DNA of 62,839 nt, filler included, from Sphacelaria rigidula (taxonomy: Eukaryota): assembly GCA_964200075.2 (NCBI GenBank). It is 4 parts of 4 records of this genome, joined end to end, with 100 filler letters (N's around TTAATTAATTAA, not from the genome) between each part and the next. Parts side by side here need not be neighbours in the genome. Positions count along the whole stretch, not along the records: positions 15,749 to 31,382 come from CAXNAA020001662.1; positions 31,483 to 47,115 come from CAXNAA020001663.1; 2 more parts are not named here. The stretch is one strand, 5' to 3'. A model generated the notes under the pieces. The model was not told the origin of the DNA, made no database searches, and saw nothing but the letters and a program-made list of their open reading frames with translations. Below are positions 23,101 to 36,310 of the stretch, one piece after another. Every line of letters starts with the position of its first letter. Position 1 is the stretch's first letter. Both the position numbers and the translations under genes were made by a program.

Positions 23101-24232
23101 AACAAGTACCGACAGTTTAAATGCAGGAGTTTGATGCACTGGCGGTATCACAGAGAAAGCGCGAGCAAATGCACATTTGGTTGACGTTCCTAGGGTCGAC
23201 GAAGCTCTTAAGAGCAGGGCGGCGCATGCATTGCGCCAAGTTGATATTGATAGCGGGTTTTAGTGGGTCGGATCCCCACACTGCCTTGAACAAAGCTTGC
23301 GAACGCTCGAGGCGCCTACCCCCACATCACGGCCGAGGCAGTCTAGCCGAGCCTCCGGGTAATTGGCACACGAATCCGCTTGCGGGGTAGTAAGTGTTGG
23401 GTCGGGTTTCCTCCTTCCTTCAAGGAAAAAAAAAGAAGAATGGTTTACGTTTGACGTCGTTGTGCTGGTGCCTCTCATGAGACCACTGGCACAAACTTCG
23501 GTGACAACTTGAAAAACTTGTCCTCGACGGTACCTTCTTACCTTTACCATGTGCAAGCTGAGATTCAGCTTCTCCGCCACATCTTGTAGCTTGGAATTTA
23601 ATATGCGATTTTCGTTCAAGATGGTTCCTCCGCCATCAGGGGTTCCATGCACCATGTCTTCGCGTACCCGCCGCAGTTTGGCGGAGCTAGTAAATATTGG
23701 TGTGCTGATGGGAACCTTCGCCACCGCCAGCACGCGGAAGCCGTGATAGTCCACGACGCAAGTTAACGGGATTATCATGCCTAGCCAAGTAGCCAAGGAT
23801 CAAGGTAATTGCACGGTTGCACAAAGGTGACGATAAAAAAAACAGCTCGCCTCAAGCTAGGCGTGGAGGTCATGTCTTACATGCAAGCTTTCCCAACGTT
23901 CACTCACCAGGTTGGTGCCGCTTCATGTACTCCAGTGCTCCGAGCACTTCCCGCCCACCGTAGCCTTTGGCAGCACACTCGTCATCACCGTTGAATAACC
24001 CATGATCGTCGGTGCAGACCTTCAGCCGGATGTTGAAAGCCTCAAATTTCTGTCGCCGTCCACCATGACCCCTGTTCCCCTCTATACTCCGGCCATGGCA
24101 GTCGCTTTCAAGGACGGGTTGAATACTTTTGTCCACGACATCGAAGCTATCTTCGTCGACGATGGTAATCGCCACGTGTTTTGCGGTTTCCAGGAAATCA
24201 TTGCATACGTTGGTGATCTCCAAATATTTGAT
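17148..24232 (-). CDS. Multi-exon host gene, partial: CLU (Clueless-like) domain followed by a LamG/ConA-like domain
   Basis: Phase-compatible GT-AG exons 24232-23908, 23780-23542, 23017-22706, 20177-19938, 19728-19645, 19526-19344, 19210-19022, 17983-17880, 17731-17599, 17428-17148. Motifs VVDYHGFRVLA, LNFWRAFP, LRPELV, LTAEMHRRGIGIRHMG, EMVARAAK and FTVEAWVK. Confidence 0.8.
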
Positions 24233-25781
24233 CTGCGAATGTGTAAGCCGGCGTGTGGAGTGCTTAGAAGACCATGACGTTCAGGAATATATTGCGCCTC
24301 AGGACATCTTTTTACGTCAGCCTGTCAACATCTTTGTTTTCGGGAAATCGCGTTGAATCAACGGATTAAGATTTACCTGAAAACAAAATCAGGAAAGCTA
24401 AACGGAAGGGTGCGCAGCGGTTTATCGGTTGTTTTGTTACCGTGCGTTTGTTCTCAGCTTAGTAACCGTACAGAATTGGGTGTCAGCCGCCCATATAATC
24501 ACGGCTTCCTTTGCCAGGCGGTCACAGGCTGCAATTCATTTCGCTTTCCACAGGGGGGCTCGTATAAGCTAGGCCAGCCTAAAAACCCACAGTGTGCCAG
24601 ACGCCATATCTTTTAAACGGCACTGATTCAAGGTAACTTGGACGTATCATTGTAATAGGCTAGGTGAGGCGGTCACGCACAGCCATGAGGCTTAGGAATC
24701 CGCCAACTTGGTGTCGTGAATTCGCACCTCCGTCATCACGCTGTTTTGTCGGGGAACGGGCTACAAACGGTAAATATCCGAGTGTTTGTCCCCCAAAGGA
24801 TACAACTTATCATCAATCACGCCACACTTTTTTTGCTTGGAGCTGATCATATGTGGTACCTGTGGGGGGCCAAATACTCAAAGATATTCAAAGGTATAGT
24901 TTTCGTAGTGTAGTGCCATTTTTGTATCAGATTCATGTGTTGGCTCTTCTAAATAATCTCATCGAGAAAAATATTCCCATTTTGAGCTTCCTGAGCGTGT
25001 AACTACGAGTGACTCTTAAGGCGAGAGGAAAATCGGGGAACGTCTCGTTCCGTTTTTGGTCGTTCGAGAGTTATACTAGAATCCCTATATTGTACGTAAC
25101 TTCGTATGCATAGCGATCCTGGTACACATGTCTTCAAATATCGCCAGGAACCGCTCAATTTTTCGAGGTGACACCTGATATTTGGACACGAGATCAGCGA
25201 AGTACAAGTTCTGACCGACACATTCTGACCGACCCCATTTTGCTTTGCACAGTGATACGATCCACCTAATGGTACGACCAACCCAAAACTTGAGTTGATC
25301 ATATCGCAGCGGATAAAGCGGGAAAAAACGAGTTTGGTCGGAGTATGTCGAACACCGTGCAAATCATGTGTCAAGCATTCATTCACATCCCAACTCGTGA
25401 AATGAGCAACGCACGGCATATCGATGTTGGCGAATGCTCCGGCTTTTGGCGGGCCGGTCCAACTGATATGTGAATCCTTCGGCAACACAGCCCAAAATAT
25501 CTAAAATCGCCGAAAAAAGCAGGGGGTGAAGAACCGTGGTGTCTGGCAAGAAAGATATGACCCCCCTCACTTCTCCACACTGCTCACCCCTCGCTCGGTG
25601 GGCACATTTGCACACCGCCGTCCAGTCTAGGCGAAAGGGTGGGTTCGGGTTCCGTCGGTAGTGATTACTGACCGATTTCACTGCTCCTCCCTGGGGATCA
25701 TGAGAAGGTGAGTTGACAAAAAAATGAAACTAGATGGGCTGCGGTAGTGGTCATCGACAACATGTTTTTTTTCAATACCTC

Positions 25782-26175
25782 TACATGTTGGATAACTCAA
25801 CTAGTGTGAACTCGAGTTAACTGTTCTCCCCACAACTCACCTGTGAGTTTTAGCAACATAACTCAACGGCGCACATTCCGACCTGGTGAGTTATACAAGA
25901 TAACTTAGTGGTGCACATTCTGATCGGGTGAGTTTCAGTCTGACCGGGTGAGTTATCCAAGATAACTCAGCGGTGCATATCTTGACCAGGTGAATTATAC
26001 AGCATAACTCAGCGATACATATTCTGATCGGGCGAGTTATACAGCATAACTCAGCAGTGCATATTCTGCCCGGTTGAGTTCTAGAAGATAACTCAGCGGT
26101 GCCTAATCTGACCAGGTGAGTTATAGAAGATAGCTCAGCGGTGCACATTCTGGCCGGGTGAGTTATCCTACTATA
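25782..26175. mobile_element. MITE-like element built from ~7 tandem 42-bp hairpin units
   Basis: Unit ATAACTCAGCGGTGCATATTCTGGCCGGGTGAGTTATAGAAG. Ends GGATAACTCA / TGAGTTATCC with nearby TA. Confidence 0.7.
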
Positions 26176-26929
26176 CAATCAATATAAGTAGCTCAACGGT
26201 TAAAAAGAAAGAGAGACGTGGAGCTCACTCATGTGTTTTGAGTTATGTGCACAAGGATGAAGTGTGGTACTGTATTACAAATGATAGAGGTGACCACGGA
26301 AGGCGTCCGCATAAGATGCCCAGTACAAATGTACCGCGCAGATATCGGAACGGCTTTTAATGTGAAGACAACAACAACAACAACAAGAGGTGACATTTCG
26401 GCTTTAATCCTTTGGGAACTGAAGTGCTAGTTTTTTTTTGTGACTCTTTGTGAATCGGCATCATTTTGACTTGAAAATGAATGAAAATGATGCCGATTCA
26501 CAAAAACAAGAACCAGTACTTCTTGGGAGTCTAGTTCCCGAAGGGTTAATCTCTTCCCTGCAGACAGGTGTCATTTCGCTCTCAAGTTCCCACAGGCCAG
26601 CATTTAGTCTGTACTTGATTTTAGATTCTTTTTTTTCGCCGAGACCTCTCTCAGGAGACGTTTCGTGTGCATCTCGCTGGACGAGGAGGTGCGTTCTGTT
26701 CTGCCTGGGTTTGGAGAACATACACTTTCCACGCCGTCTTTTGCAAGGCGCTTTGACGTTGCGATGCGCTCCGTTTGATGCATTTCTGCTCTGGACGTCT
26801 CGGTGGACCCTTCGACCGTCGGAGATGTCACCTCTCGACCGTACACAGGCCAGTCACATTCATTCGTGCAACCGGCATCGTTTTCGCTTGAAAACTGAAT
26901 CGGCATCATCTTCAGTTGAATCGGAACGG

Positions 26930-28420
26930 TGCGTAGCGGCAGCGTGCCATCGCTCTCCCATGAACACTCGGGGCACACCTCGAGGATGTTGTGATGTTGC
27001 ACGTATGTCGCATCGTCTCGACTGTATTTACCTATACTGTCTCTGGACTGCCGCTGTAGCCGCTGCTGCTGCCGCTACTCTACCGTACATGCGATTTGTT
27101 TATCATGAAGCGCTGAAAACAACGGCTCCTACATTTTCAAATTTTTAGTGGGCAGCCGGTCGCTCCGGTGCCTCAGGTGCTAACCTCGAAACCTTCTGCG
27201 GTTGGGTCGTGGGTACGAATCTCGGTGCAGTCGCACGATCTGGGATTTTTTCTCACACCATTCCCAACAGCGGACAGCGACGATGTCATGGGTGGACAAA
27301 ATTCGACTTCACGGTCGGCCAGTGACAGGGACCGCTTAACCCCTTTTGCGAAAGGTGTAAATTGGCGTCGAGAATAGATGGGATAGCAACAAAACACAAC
27401 ACAACACAACACAACAACACACATCATTCCACAATTGAATTGGCATCATTTTCGGATCGTTTCTTATTGTTGTAAACTGAGTTGGGCGAGGTCACGCACA
27501 ACGTGCTCAGCTGGTGAGCAGCTGCGGTTTTTTCTTCGAAGTATGACCTATCTATGTCATTACACAACTATCACCGGTTCGCGCGGGTCTCACACATAAG
27601 TAATAATTTCTCGCTGAATTCTCAACAAATTTGTGCGAGGTCACGCACAGCTCAGCTCAGCTCATGAGCAGCTACGACTCGAGCTGTGTGTTTTTGGCTT
27701 GCGGGGGGCAATGGGTTCCCCGGGTTCACATCTGATTTTGATGGGTTGTTTCGTTTGTCATGTGTCAAGCCTTTGCATGTGCCTCTGTCAACGGGATACC
27801 TATGTTTCTCTTCTGGCTAGAAACGAGGCAAAAATATAAATATTTGGAATTGGCATCATGTTCAGTAAAGAATCGGAAAAGGTAGGAAACAGCAGCGTGC
27901 CATCTTTCCCTACTGAAGTCTCGGGACGGGGTTGGCACTCCTTGAGCGTGTTGTGATCTTGCATGCATGTCGCATCGTCTCGACTGCATTTTCTTTTTTG
28001 TCGTCTCTGGACTGCTGCTGTAGCTTCTGCTGCTACTCCACTGTACATGCGGGTTTTTTTCATGAGGCACTGAAAATAACGGTATTTGCAATTATACTAT
28101 AAATTGGAGTAGGCATCATTCCAAAATCGAATCAGCATCACTTTCGGATCGTTTTTCATGTTTCTGAGCAAATTTGTGTTAGGTCACGCACAACCCTTCA
28201 ACTGTGGTGGCCAGAGTTGGGCTACAATCTACCCATACTTGGATGCATTTATTTGAGTGGGAATGACAAGCATCGAATCTTCAACAGGGCTTGACAGTCC
28301 CGTGTGCTCCTAGCGTGCGCAGAACGCGTTTCGTCCAAACCCACCTCCACAACGTGGTGAACAGCTGCGGCTTTTTCTGCGAAGCATGACTTGTGCCATT
28401 ACGCAATGCACATGCCCGTC
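26930..28420 (+). repeat. Diverged tandem duplication (~0.95 kb offset)
   Basis: gcagcgtgccatc...atgtcgcatcgtctcgactg...tctctggactg...catcattcc...ttcggatcg recurs at ~26940-27540 and ~27890-28400. Confidence 0.65.
27154..27423 (+). mobile_element. tRNA-derived SINE with (CAACA)n tail
   Basis: tRNA-like head with B-box-like GGTACGAATCTC and simple-repeat tail. Absent from the duplicated site near 28110; related head at 53465-53548. Confidence 0.75.
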
Positions 28421-29160
28421 ACCGACGCTCATGTGTCTTAGCTGTCGGTCCACTGAGAGTGGCGGCGAAAGCCGCCGAAACCCTTGTATGTATATGTTTT
28501 CATGTTACACCTGCGGCAGTATTTATTTCTTATCGTGCAGATCTGCCGCGAGGTTTCTCACGCTGCATGTACCGTAAGGGCAGACAGACGTATCACGTGA
28601 TCACGTGTTTCCACTCACACAAGTGACTATTGTTGACCCCTGTGTTCCACAGGTTTCCGGTCGGGTGAGTTGTGCGAAATAACGCACTATATTCGTGAGA
28701 TTCAGAGCGTAACATCGGATTCATCAGAGTGAGACCCGAAACAATAGACTTTCCCGTCGATTTTGACATCGCCACAGTTCGAGGAGCAATGCGCCCAGCT
28801 GGTGAAGCGGTGGCTTCAATGAAAGCTGTCACCTGCACGATCAATTTGTCGCATCACTTGATCGCAACGACGTATTCAGTCCATTGCAACAAAAGATCCT
28901 CTCTTTCAGGAAAAACCGATTAGTGCCTGAGACAGTTTCAGGCCGAAATGCCCCCCCCCAGGCGTAAAACTGCTTTGTGCGGTATCTCACCAACCAGACC
29001 GCCGAATTCCTCGAATGGGGTACTGTACGGTAGCTGCATGCACAGGACGTGTGCTCAAGCAAAACAAAAAAAAGTTGCCTGTTGGGAACCCTAGAGCATC
29101 CACTTTGAATCCGATATTACGCTCTGGATCTCACGAATATGTTGTTATAACCCATTTTCT

Positions 29161-29485
29161 GATAACTCATCTGTGAGTCATGCTCAATAACTCAGCGGTG
29201 CATATTCCCATCTGGTGAGTTTATACAAGATAACTCAGCGGTGCATAATCCGAACAAGCGAGTGTTACAGAATAACTCAGCGGTGACTACTCTGGTCGGG
29301 TATTTATAGAGGATAGCTCAGCGAGGGATATAACAATCTGGTGAGTTATAGAAGATAACTCAGCGATGCATATTCTGGCCGGGCGAGTTATAGAAGACAA
29401 CTTAGCGGTGCATAGTCTGGTCGGGTGAGTTATAGAGATAACTCAGCGGTGCACATTATGGCCGGGTGAGTTATAGAAGATAATG
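29161..29485. repeat. Second array of ~7 x 42-bp hairpin units
   Basis: Same unit and same AACTCA(C/T)CTGTGAGT leader as 25782-26175, in the same orientation. Confidence 0.8.
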
Positions 29486-29619
29486 GAGTTAATTCATGAT
29501 CTGTCCGACGTGTGAACACTCGCAACCCCCCCCCCTCCTCGGGACGAGTCCATCGTCTAATGGTCTAATGGTCCCAGGGGATCAACACATCTCTCCGCCC
29601 GTACAGTACACGCCTAGCA

Positions 29620-29835
29620 TCTTGGTATTCCGGATTGAATCATGACTATCAGCACCCCCGCGACGCGTCGATTCTTGACAAATAGAACCCCCTTTGCTAC
29701 CCATATCCTCATGTTTTCAACGAAGGAAATGAGACATTTTCCAGAAAAAGAACAAATGCATGTGCCGGGAATCGAACCCGCACTCTCACTTCCCTCTTTT
29801 TGGCTTCAGCCGTACCATCAAACAATCGGGACGAA
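29620..29835 (-). mobile_element. Degenerate tRNA-derived SINE, second family
   Basis: Minus-strand GGGTTCGATTCCCGGC B box; related sequence at ~34540-34750. Confidence 0.5.
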
Positions 29836-30639
29836 GAGGCCAATATCCGATGATAAATTGCAATCCAGTCATCGAGGGGAAGATTGGTTGATCCCTTGAA
29901 AGTAAAGACTTGTCCCGAGAGGGCAGGTGGGGAGCGCCGTGAAAGTATAACGAAAAAAACGAACAATGTGCTATACATAATTCCCACCACATCGACCTGC
30001 CCTACATCTGATCTGCCGAACGAACTGAGCTGAATGAAGATGTGGAGCCGTCAACAACCTGGCGCACTGTCAAGAAAAAGTTTTTGTTCACTGGCTGAGC
30101 ACTGAAGAGCCCTGCTTCACGAAAACACCACAGTATTATACATATTTTCTACTGAAGGTGACTCGAGGTTTTCCCCTGCTGCATGGGGATTTGCATGACG
30201 TTTCTCGGACACCATAATGCAAAATTTACAATCTCGGCCGAAACCGCTGTGTGTCTCGGCGGGTTGCGCATGGTACCGCGTTGAAATTTATCATACCGCA
30301 GACGCACTCAATTTTTCTGCAGACGCACTGTCTTTTTAACTCGAGAAAACGAAAGGTCGCGCTGGGATGCAGGCACTGGCACCAACACAATGTGTCATCC
30401 TCTGTGGCAGGGCTGCACTTTCGCTGGAACGGCAGTACACGTTATTACACCAGCTGATTGTAGTCTTGACTCACTTCAGACCTTGTGTGACGACTTTTGA
30501 TGTTCAGATATTCGAGTTCCAAAAGAGCTGCAGAAACAACCGCAAGAAAAGCACAAATATCCTCCGCAGGAGGCGCACTCGCGGGCAGGGGGAATATGGT
30601 GCCTTCCAAACGAATTACGATATGAGGGGGGGTGGGGGG

Positions 30640-30900
30640 GTGTACTCATGATCTTGCGTGTCATATTCGTATGACCATTGACCTCGAATCTCTACAAAGC
30701 CGGGACGGAGCACGCTGGATTTTCGCCGGACCAGCTCGCGATCAATCACCAAGCGCGAAGCGCTGTGGCGTGCTCGGCGAGTCTCATTGAGAGTGATTTG
30801 CATCCTGCTAAGATTGTTCGGCCCGAAGCGTACTGATTATCTTGCATTTGGATGACAGCCTAGAATGAGCTGCTTCATTTTCTGGTATTACCACTTCCAG
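30640..30900. repeat. Dispersed host repeat
   Basis: CTACAAAGCCGGGACGG..TTTTCGCCGGACCAG core recurs at 31159-31200 and inverted at ~32550-32760. Confidence 0.65.
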
Positions 30901-31382
30901 ATACAGCGACAGCTGATACACTACCTCATGGGTACCCCAACATTTACACACTACGTAGTACGATCATCTCCTTTGCGCGGAGTTGAGGTTCTCCCACCCC
31001 GCACAATATGATTTAGCTTGACAACCATCATCGTTACCGTCAAACAAAACGCAAGCGCGCGAAAAAAAACGGTAACCTGGTTGCTTAGCTCACGCAGTGA
31101 GTGACATGTATTACAGCGCCATCGCCAACCGACGCCAACCCCATCGGGGGTTCGCCCCTACAAAGCCGGGACGGGGCACGCCGGGTTTTCGCCGGACCAG
31201 ACTAGCGAGGGGGGGGGGCGTATTCATTTATTGCTTGCCTTAGTCGTTTGACCATTGGCCATGCATCCCTTTCGAGACGGAGCAAAAGGGGGGGAGCGAA
31301 GGGGAGGGGGGGGGGATAGGGGATACAATGTGGTGCACCTCCCTTAATTTTTCTTTGCATCGTACACGAGATCGGAAGATCG

Positions 31383-31482
31383 NNNNNNNNNNNNNNNNNN
31401 NNNNNNNNNNNNNNNNNNNNNNNNNNTTAATTAATTAANNNNNNNNNNNNNNNNNNNNNNNNNNNNNNNNNNNNNNNNNNNN
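31383..31482. other. Artificial contig linker
   Basis: N44-TTAATTAATTAA-N44. Confidence 0.98.
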
Positions 31483-31551
31483 GAGAAAAATACCCCCCTC
31501 TAAAGTTTTGGGTGTAATATTATCCTGGGGGAAACCAAAAAGGGGGGGAAC

Positions 31552-31582
<31 letters not shown>

Positions 31583-34500
31583 TGGGGGAGAAAAGACTAC
31601 ACTGAACCTTACTGCACCTGTACAGCATTGCTCTGGGTTGTGCTATTAATACTGTGCTGAACGTTATAGCTCGGCTTTGTTCATTCATGCAGACGAGTCA
31701 CGCCCAGGGTGGATCACCTGTTAAAGAGGCATTTTGTTTTACTTGAAAAATGAATGAACAGACACAACGGTCGCAAGGAGCAGGGCAGTGTGGGTCATGT
31801 GCGCAGAAGGTCTCCTGGGGTTCTCTTCGGAGCGACCGGCCGGGTCTTTCCTTCCTGACTGGCTTGCTTGATGTTTCCCATCAGGAAGAGCCGGGACATT
31901 TTTTCTTTCTTTTTTTCCTGGTATGTGTTGTTAGCGATGCATCAAAACAGTGGTGGGAAAACATATTGTGTCGTGCGCATGTGTACAAACTGGATACTTA
32001 TACGAGTACAGCCGCGTCGCAGGCAATCGCCGCGGCATCCTTCGTGCCGTGCAGTCATGCCGCGGATAATGGCGAAGCCGGATTGGCTTTCTTGTGCGCC
32101 TGACAAGGATTTCTGGTGTTGTGAAGGCAGAATTTCAGACTTCCATCAGTCACGAAAGACAAGTCAGATACGATACAAGTCTTGAGTTCAGCCACAAGCT
32201 GGTGATTCACCTGCGGCACTTATACCGTGCTGTGTACCACCCATCAGCCGACCCCGTGAGTGCTCTGCCTCGAAAGGGATGCGTGGTCAATGGTCAAACG
32301 ACCAAGGCAAGTAACAAAACGCCCCTGCCACACGCAGACCCCCCGATGGGGTTGGCGCGCGCTTGCGTTTCTTTTGCGTTAACCATGATGGTGGTCGAGC
32401 TAGATCATGTTGTGCGGTGTGAGTGAACCTCAACTCCGCACCACGGGGATGATCGTACCACGTGGTGTTTATATGGTGAGACACCCATGAGGCAGTGTAT
32501 GAGCCATGACTGTCTCTGGAAGTGGCGATACCAGAAAACAAAGCGACTCATTGCAGGCTGCTATCCAAATGCAAGATAATCAGTAGGCTTCAGGCCGAAT
32601 AATGCAACTCGCCGAATGATCCAGCTCACCCTTCATGCAACTCGCCGAACACACCACGGCGCTTCGCGCTTGGTGATTGGCTGCGAGCCTGGTCCGGCGA
32701 AAACCCGGCGTACTCCGTCCCGGCGTTGTAGGGATGCGAGGTCAATGGTCTCATGACAATGGTATGCTCACACTCACGAATCTACCCGTTCGACATGTGC
32801 AACCCCTTGAAACTGCTTCCGTAAAATTCATGCCTAATCACCAAAAAACGGGAGAGCTGCCAGTTTTAACCCTTTTACTCCCCCCCCCCCCCTCCAGGTC
32901 TTCAAACTATGGGATGCATGATTATGAGTACACCCCGCCCCTCCCCTCCAGGTCGCCCAACATCGATCATGGTCAAATTGAGCTTCGAATTTATTGTTCT
33001 TCGAGTGGCACAACACGCCTACTTATATCAAGACGGGTGCTGAGTGTTTGTGCGGAAATGAATGCATGAGGATCCCTGACCGTTTTTCTGACCAAGCCAT
33101 CTGGGTGTATGTTTTGGTATGCCGAGTAGACGGTTGATGCTGTTATGGGCAAGTAAGCGGTGTGGTATGCTCGCCACCACACTACTACTGCATGGATGTG
33201 CTTGGGCGACATACTCTCCGCCTTGCCCATGACAAATTCGGTATTTTCAAGGAATTGCTGACGCACCTCCCGTATATTTTAGTCGCGCACTGCCGTGTCA
33301 ATTCAACATCTCAACCGCACTCTATGGTACCGTGCTGCTGCTGTAACGTGAAGGCGGCCTTTCTTCATCAGCAGCTGAAAACACAACAGTACCGCAGTAC
33401 AGTGCCCCTCCTCTCCGCTGCACACAGTACAGTACAACTGGTTCCATGTCTGCTCAAAGTTATACAACAACAGTGCCCAACTTTTGACGATACAGGAGGG
33501 GGTGGTGAGTGGCGAAGAGACTACAGAGAGCAAAAAACACTATTTTTGTACACGTGTCTATCTTTGACGATAAAATGGTAAAAAACAGCGTCACCTCCAG
33601 GTGGGCGATATTGGGGCGATTCGTAAGGAAACTAACTGAATCATTCCATCAATCAGGACTTTCAAAATGGCCACACTACCCCTCTTCAAGCCTATTACCC
33701 GACGTAAAACATTCCTGGTAACACGCATGATTGATTTGGGAGGCAATCGCTGACCATCAGAGAATGTACACGCCCCCCCGCCGAACACATTGAAATCAAC
33801 CCCTGGACTGTCAGCGGTTGAAACGGTTCCGAACCAATGCCGAAGGGTCGAACGCTTTCGAAAGCAGGGGATAGCGGCTTTCGCTCTCTATATATAGTAT
33901 CGTGCTTGTAGCAGTCAAACGTCAACGTGACTTCAGGAACAAGTCACATGTACAGAGATTGTCACGGAAGGGTTACAATTCTCGCCACCTGGTTTAGAAG
34001 TGCTCACGTAGCAATCATGTGTGTATACTTCGTGTGACTATATGTGCTTCCGGGCAACCGCGTCGGCCGTTTCCAATGTTGGTGGACATTGAAATATCGA
34101 CGGAACATCATTCGTTTTCGGAACATTTTCTCACGTGCTGCCAAAACAACAACAATCGATATCCCGACTTTCCAACCTTTTATTTCAGAAGGCCCTGTTT
34201 CAAGCTGGTGGTGAAAAAAAGCTGGTAAAAAGAGGAAGTCGCGTTGGATATTGTAAAATAACATACACTATCGGATTGCAATGCTAAGGCCACACCCTTT
34301 CACCCGTTCTGGCCAAGCTTGCCACCCAGAGCTTCTCCCCTCCACCCTCAACTACAGCATGTAAGATGGTGTCTCTATTAGGAGTAGGAACGGTACTCTG
34401 TCTCGAAAGGGATGCGCGGTTAACGGTCTAATGACTGAGGCAAGCTACAAATGAGTGATCCCCCCCCCCCCCCCCCCCCCCCCCCCCACCCCCCCCCATC

Positions 34501-35508
34501 GCTCCACCCCCCCCACCCCCCCCCCCCACCCCCGACATTTTGGTATCGCGGACTGAATCATGACAAAACACTCCCGCACCGTCTTGGAACAAATCTCCTT
34601 TATGCTACGCACAGTCCCACGTTCTCAAGGGCGGAAACCAGTTACCTCTCCGCAAAAACCGCACATGCACATGCCGGGGCTCGAGCCCTCAATCTTCTGC
34701 ACTAACTCGTGTCAGCTGTTCCATGTTAATTCAGACCACCAGGGCGCGACGGCGACATTGGCGAGCTCGACCAGAGAGAGGGTGTGATCGCGGGCGTGGC
34801 TTGTTCCGGTTCGGGCTGTTATAGTCAATAACCGCGTCTGCTATCTGTCATGAAGGCAAATACTCACAGTATGTGGCCGGATTTGCACGATGGCATCGGC
34901 GGACACCAAGTCGGAGCTGAAAGATGGAAAGCGTGTCATGCTAGGACGCCAGGAAGTACGCGTCATTTTGCTCGCACAACGACATTTATCCGCGTGATCA
35001 GCAATTTCTCAAATGCCCGGGATTTGGACCCCTTCGCTGCCAGGATGGGTATGACGTTGAACCGGCACCACTTCTCCTTGCAAAAATGAAAGTAAGATCC
35101 AGATAACCCACCCTAGGGTCAAATCGTTGAGCGCGTCTTCTTTTTTCACTCGTACATGTTCTTGAATCGGTACAAAGATCGCCATCTCAGCTCTTTACTT
35201 ATTTTTTTGCTCCCGGTTAATGGAGGATGACCAGACTGCTTGCTTGCTTGATTGACTGTCGCATGTTAAACCGATCTTGCCATGAATCCAACCATGGGCA
35301 TAAGAGTAGACATACAGTACTTACGGTGAAGGAAGAAAAACATAAATTGTGAAAGCGGTGCCTGGTGCCAAAATGGCCACGTGAGGGCATCACTTTTGCC
35401 GGCCGACTCAAATATTATCATGTGCAAGCTTTGCTCTGAACTTGGCTTATGTCCATTTGACGACGAACTCACAGAAACCTCGTGATCTACAGCATGATGC
35501 GCGCTCAC

Positions 35509-35694
35509 CTTGCTTGCACCGCCGCCCTCGTGAGAGAGTCTGCCCTGCAACACGCTACTACGCCGACCCCGGCTCCCGCCGCCGCCACCGCTGTCGCCGC
35601 CGCCGCTACTGCCACCCCCAGCTGCCCCCCGGCTCTTCCCGCGTGCTTCATCTTTCGAGCTATCCCGCCCACCCTCATCCCCCGGCTTCGTCAT
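35509..35694 (-). CDS. Probable first coding exon of an unknown host gene (Gly/Ser-rich)
   Basis: GC-rich MTKPGDEGG...GGASK followed by a GTGAGC donor. Downstream exons not resolved. Confidence 0.4.
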
Positions 35695-36084
35695 GTTCCC
35701 TATTTATTCGAGATGGAATCCGATCCGTTTTTCAGCGGCTGCAACCCGGATTTTTTAAAACCCAGACATCCGACTTGTTCTCGTATCAAATCCGCGGATA
35801 TGGGTAGGGGAAATACTGTGACTTCAGTAGGAGCTGCTCGTTGTTCAGCAGACAGTGAGGCCATCGAGTTGATCAAAAGCATGTTTTGAGGCATTTTGTT
35901 CCTCTACCAAAATGATTTTTTCATATATCGCCTCGAGCACCCATGCCGCGATGTCTGTGCTCACTGGAGGGGGCCTCATGGTCTACGGATATGCATACGC
36001 TGTCGAGCGACTTGCACTGAACACCGAATAGTATTTACGCGGATATCATCCGGATAACTTTTGAAAACGAGTAAATCAATTCGG

Positions 36085-36310
36085 AGGCATGTCACGCACC
36101 CCTAACCACAAGAGCAACGCCGACGGGATGCAAGGCTTTTACTCGGATCGAAGCGGGGACGGCGTTAAGAACCATGATCGGTCGTGCGGGTAAAGATCCG
36201 TCACAACACGCAATGCATTCAGGCAGGTTACTATAGGTGGGGCCACACAACTAGCGGCTCGAGGAATCCCCGAACTGCGGATCCAACGAACAGGGAGGTG
36301 GAAGTTGGCG
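36085..36310 (+). mobile_element. Tyrosine-recombinase relic (DIRS/Ngaro- or Crypton-type)
   Basis: ALRTMIGRAGKDPSQHAMHSGR, then a 5-nt insertion, then IGGATQLAARGIPELRIQRTGRWK: the HSxRIGGAT...GRW catalytic box. Confidence 0.75.

Noticed and set aside
27154..27240. tRNA gene
   Set aside because: No full cloverleaf; followed by a SINE body and simple-repeat tail.
25858..29485. CRISPR array interpretation of the 42-bp palindromic repeats
   Set aside because: The variable cores resemble each other rather than being unique spacers, no cas genes are present, and the context is eukaryotic.
31540..31590. Poly-G tract (and poly-C at 34459-34533) as functional G-quadruplex or Pro-rich ORF
   Set aside because: Homopolymer runs of unreliable length near a contig edge or within repeats.
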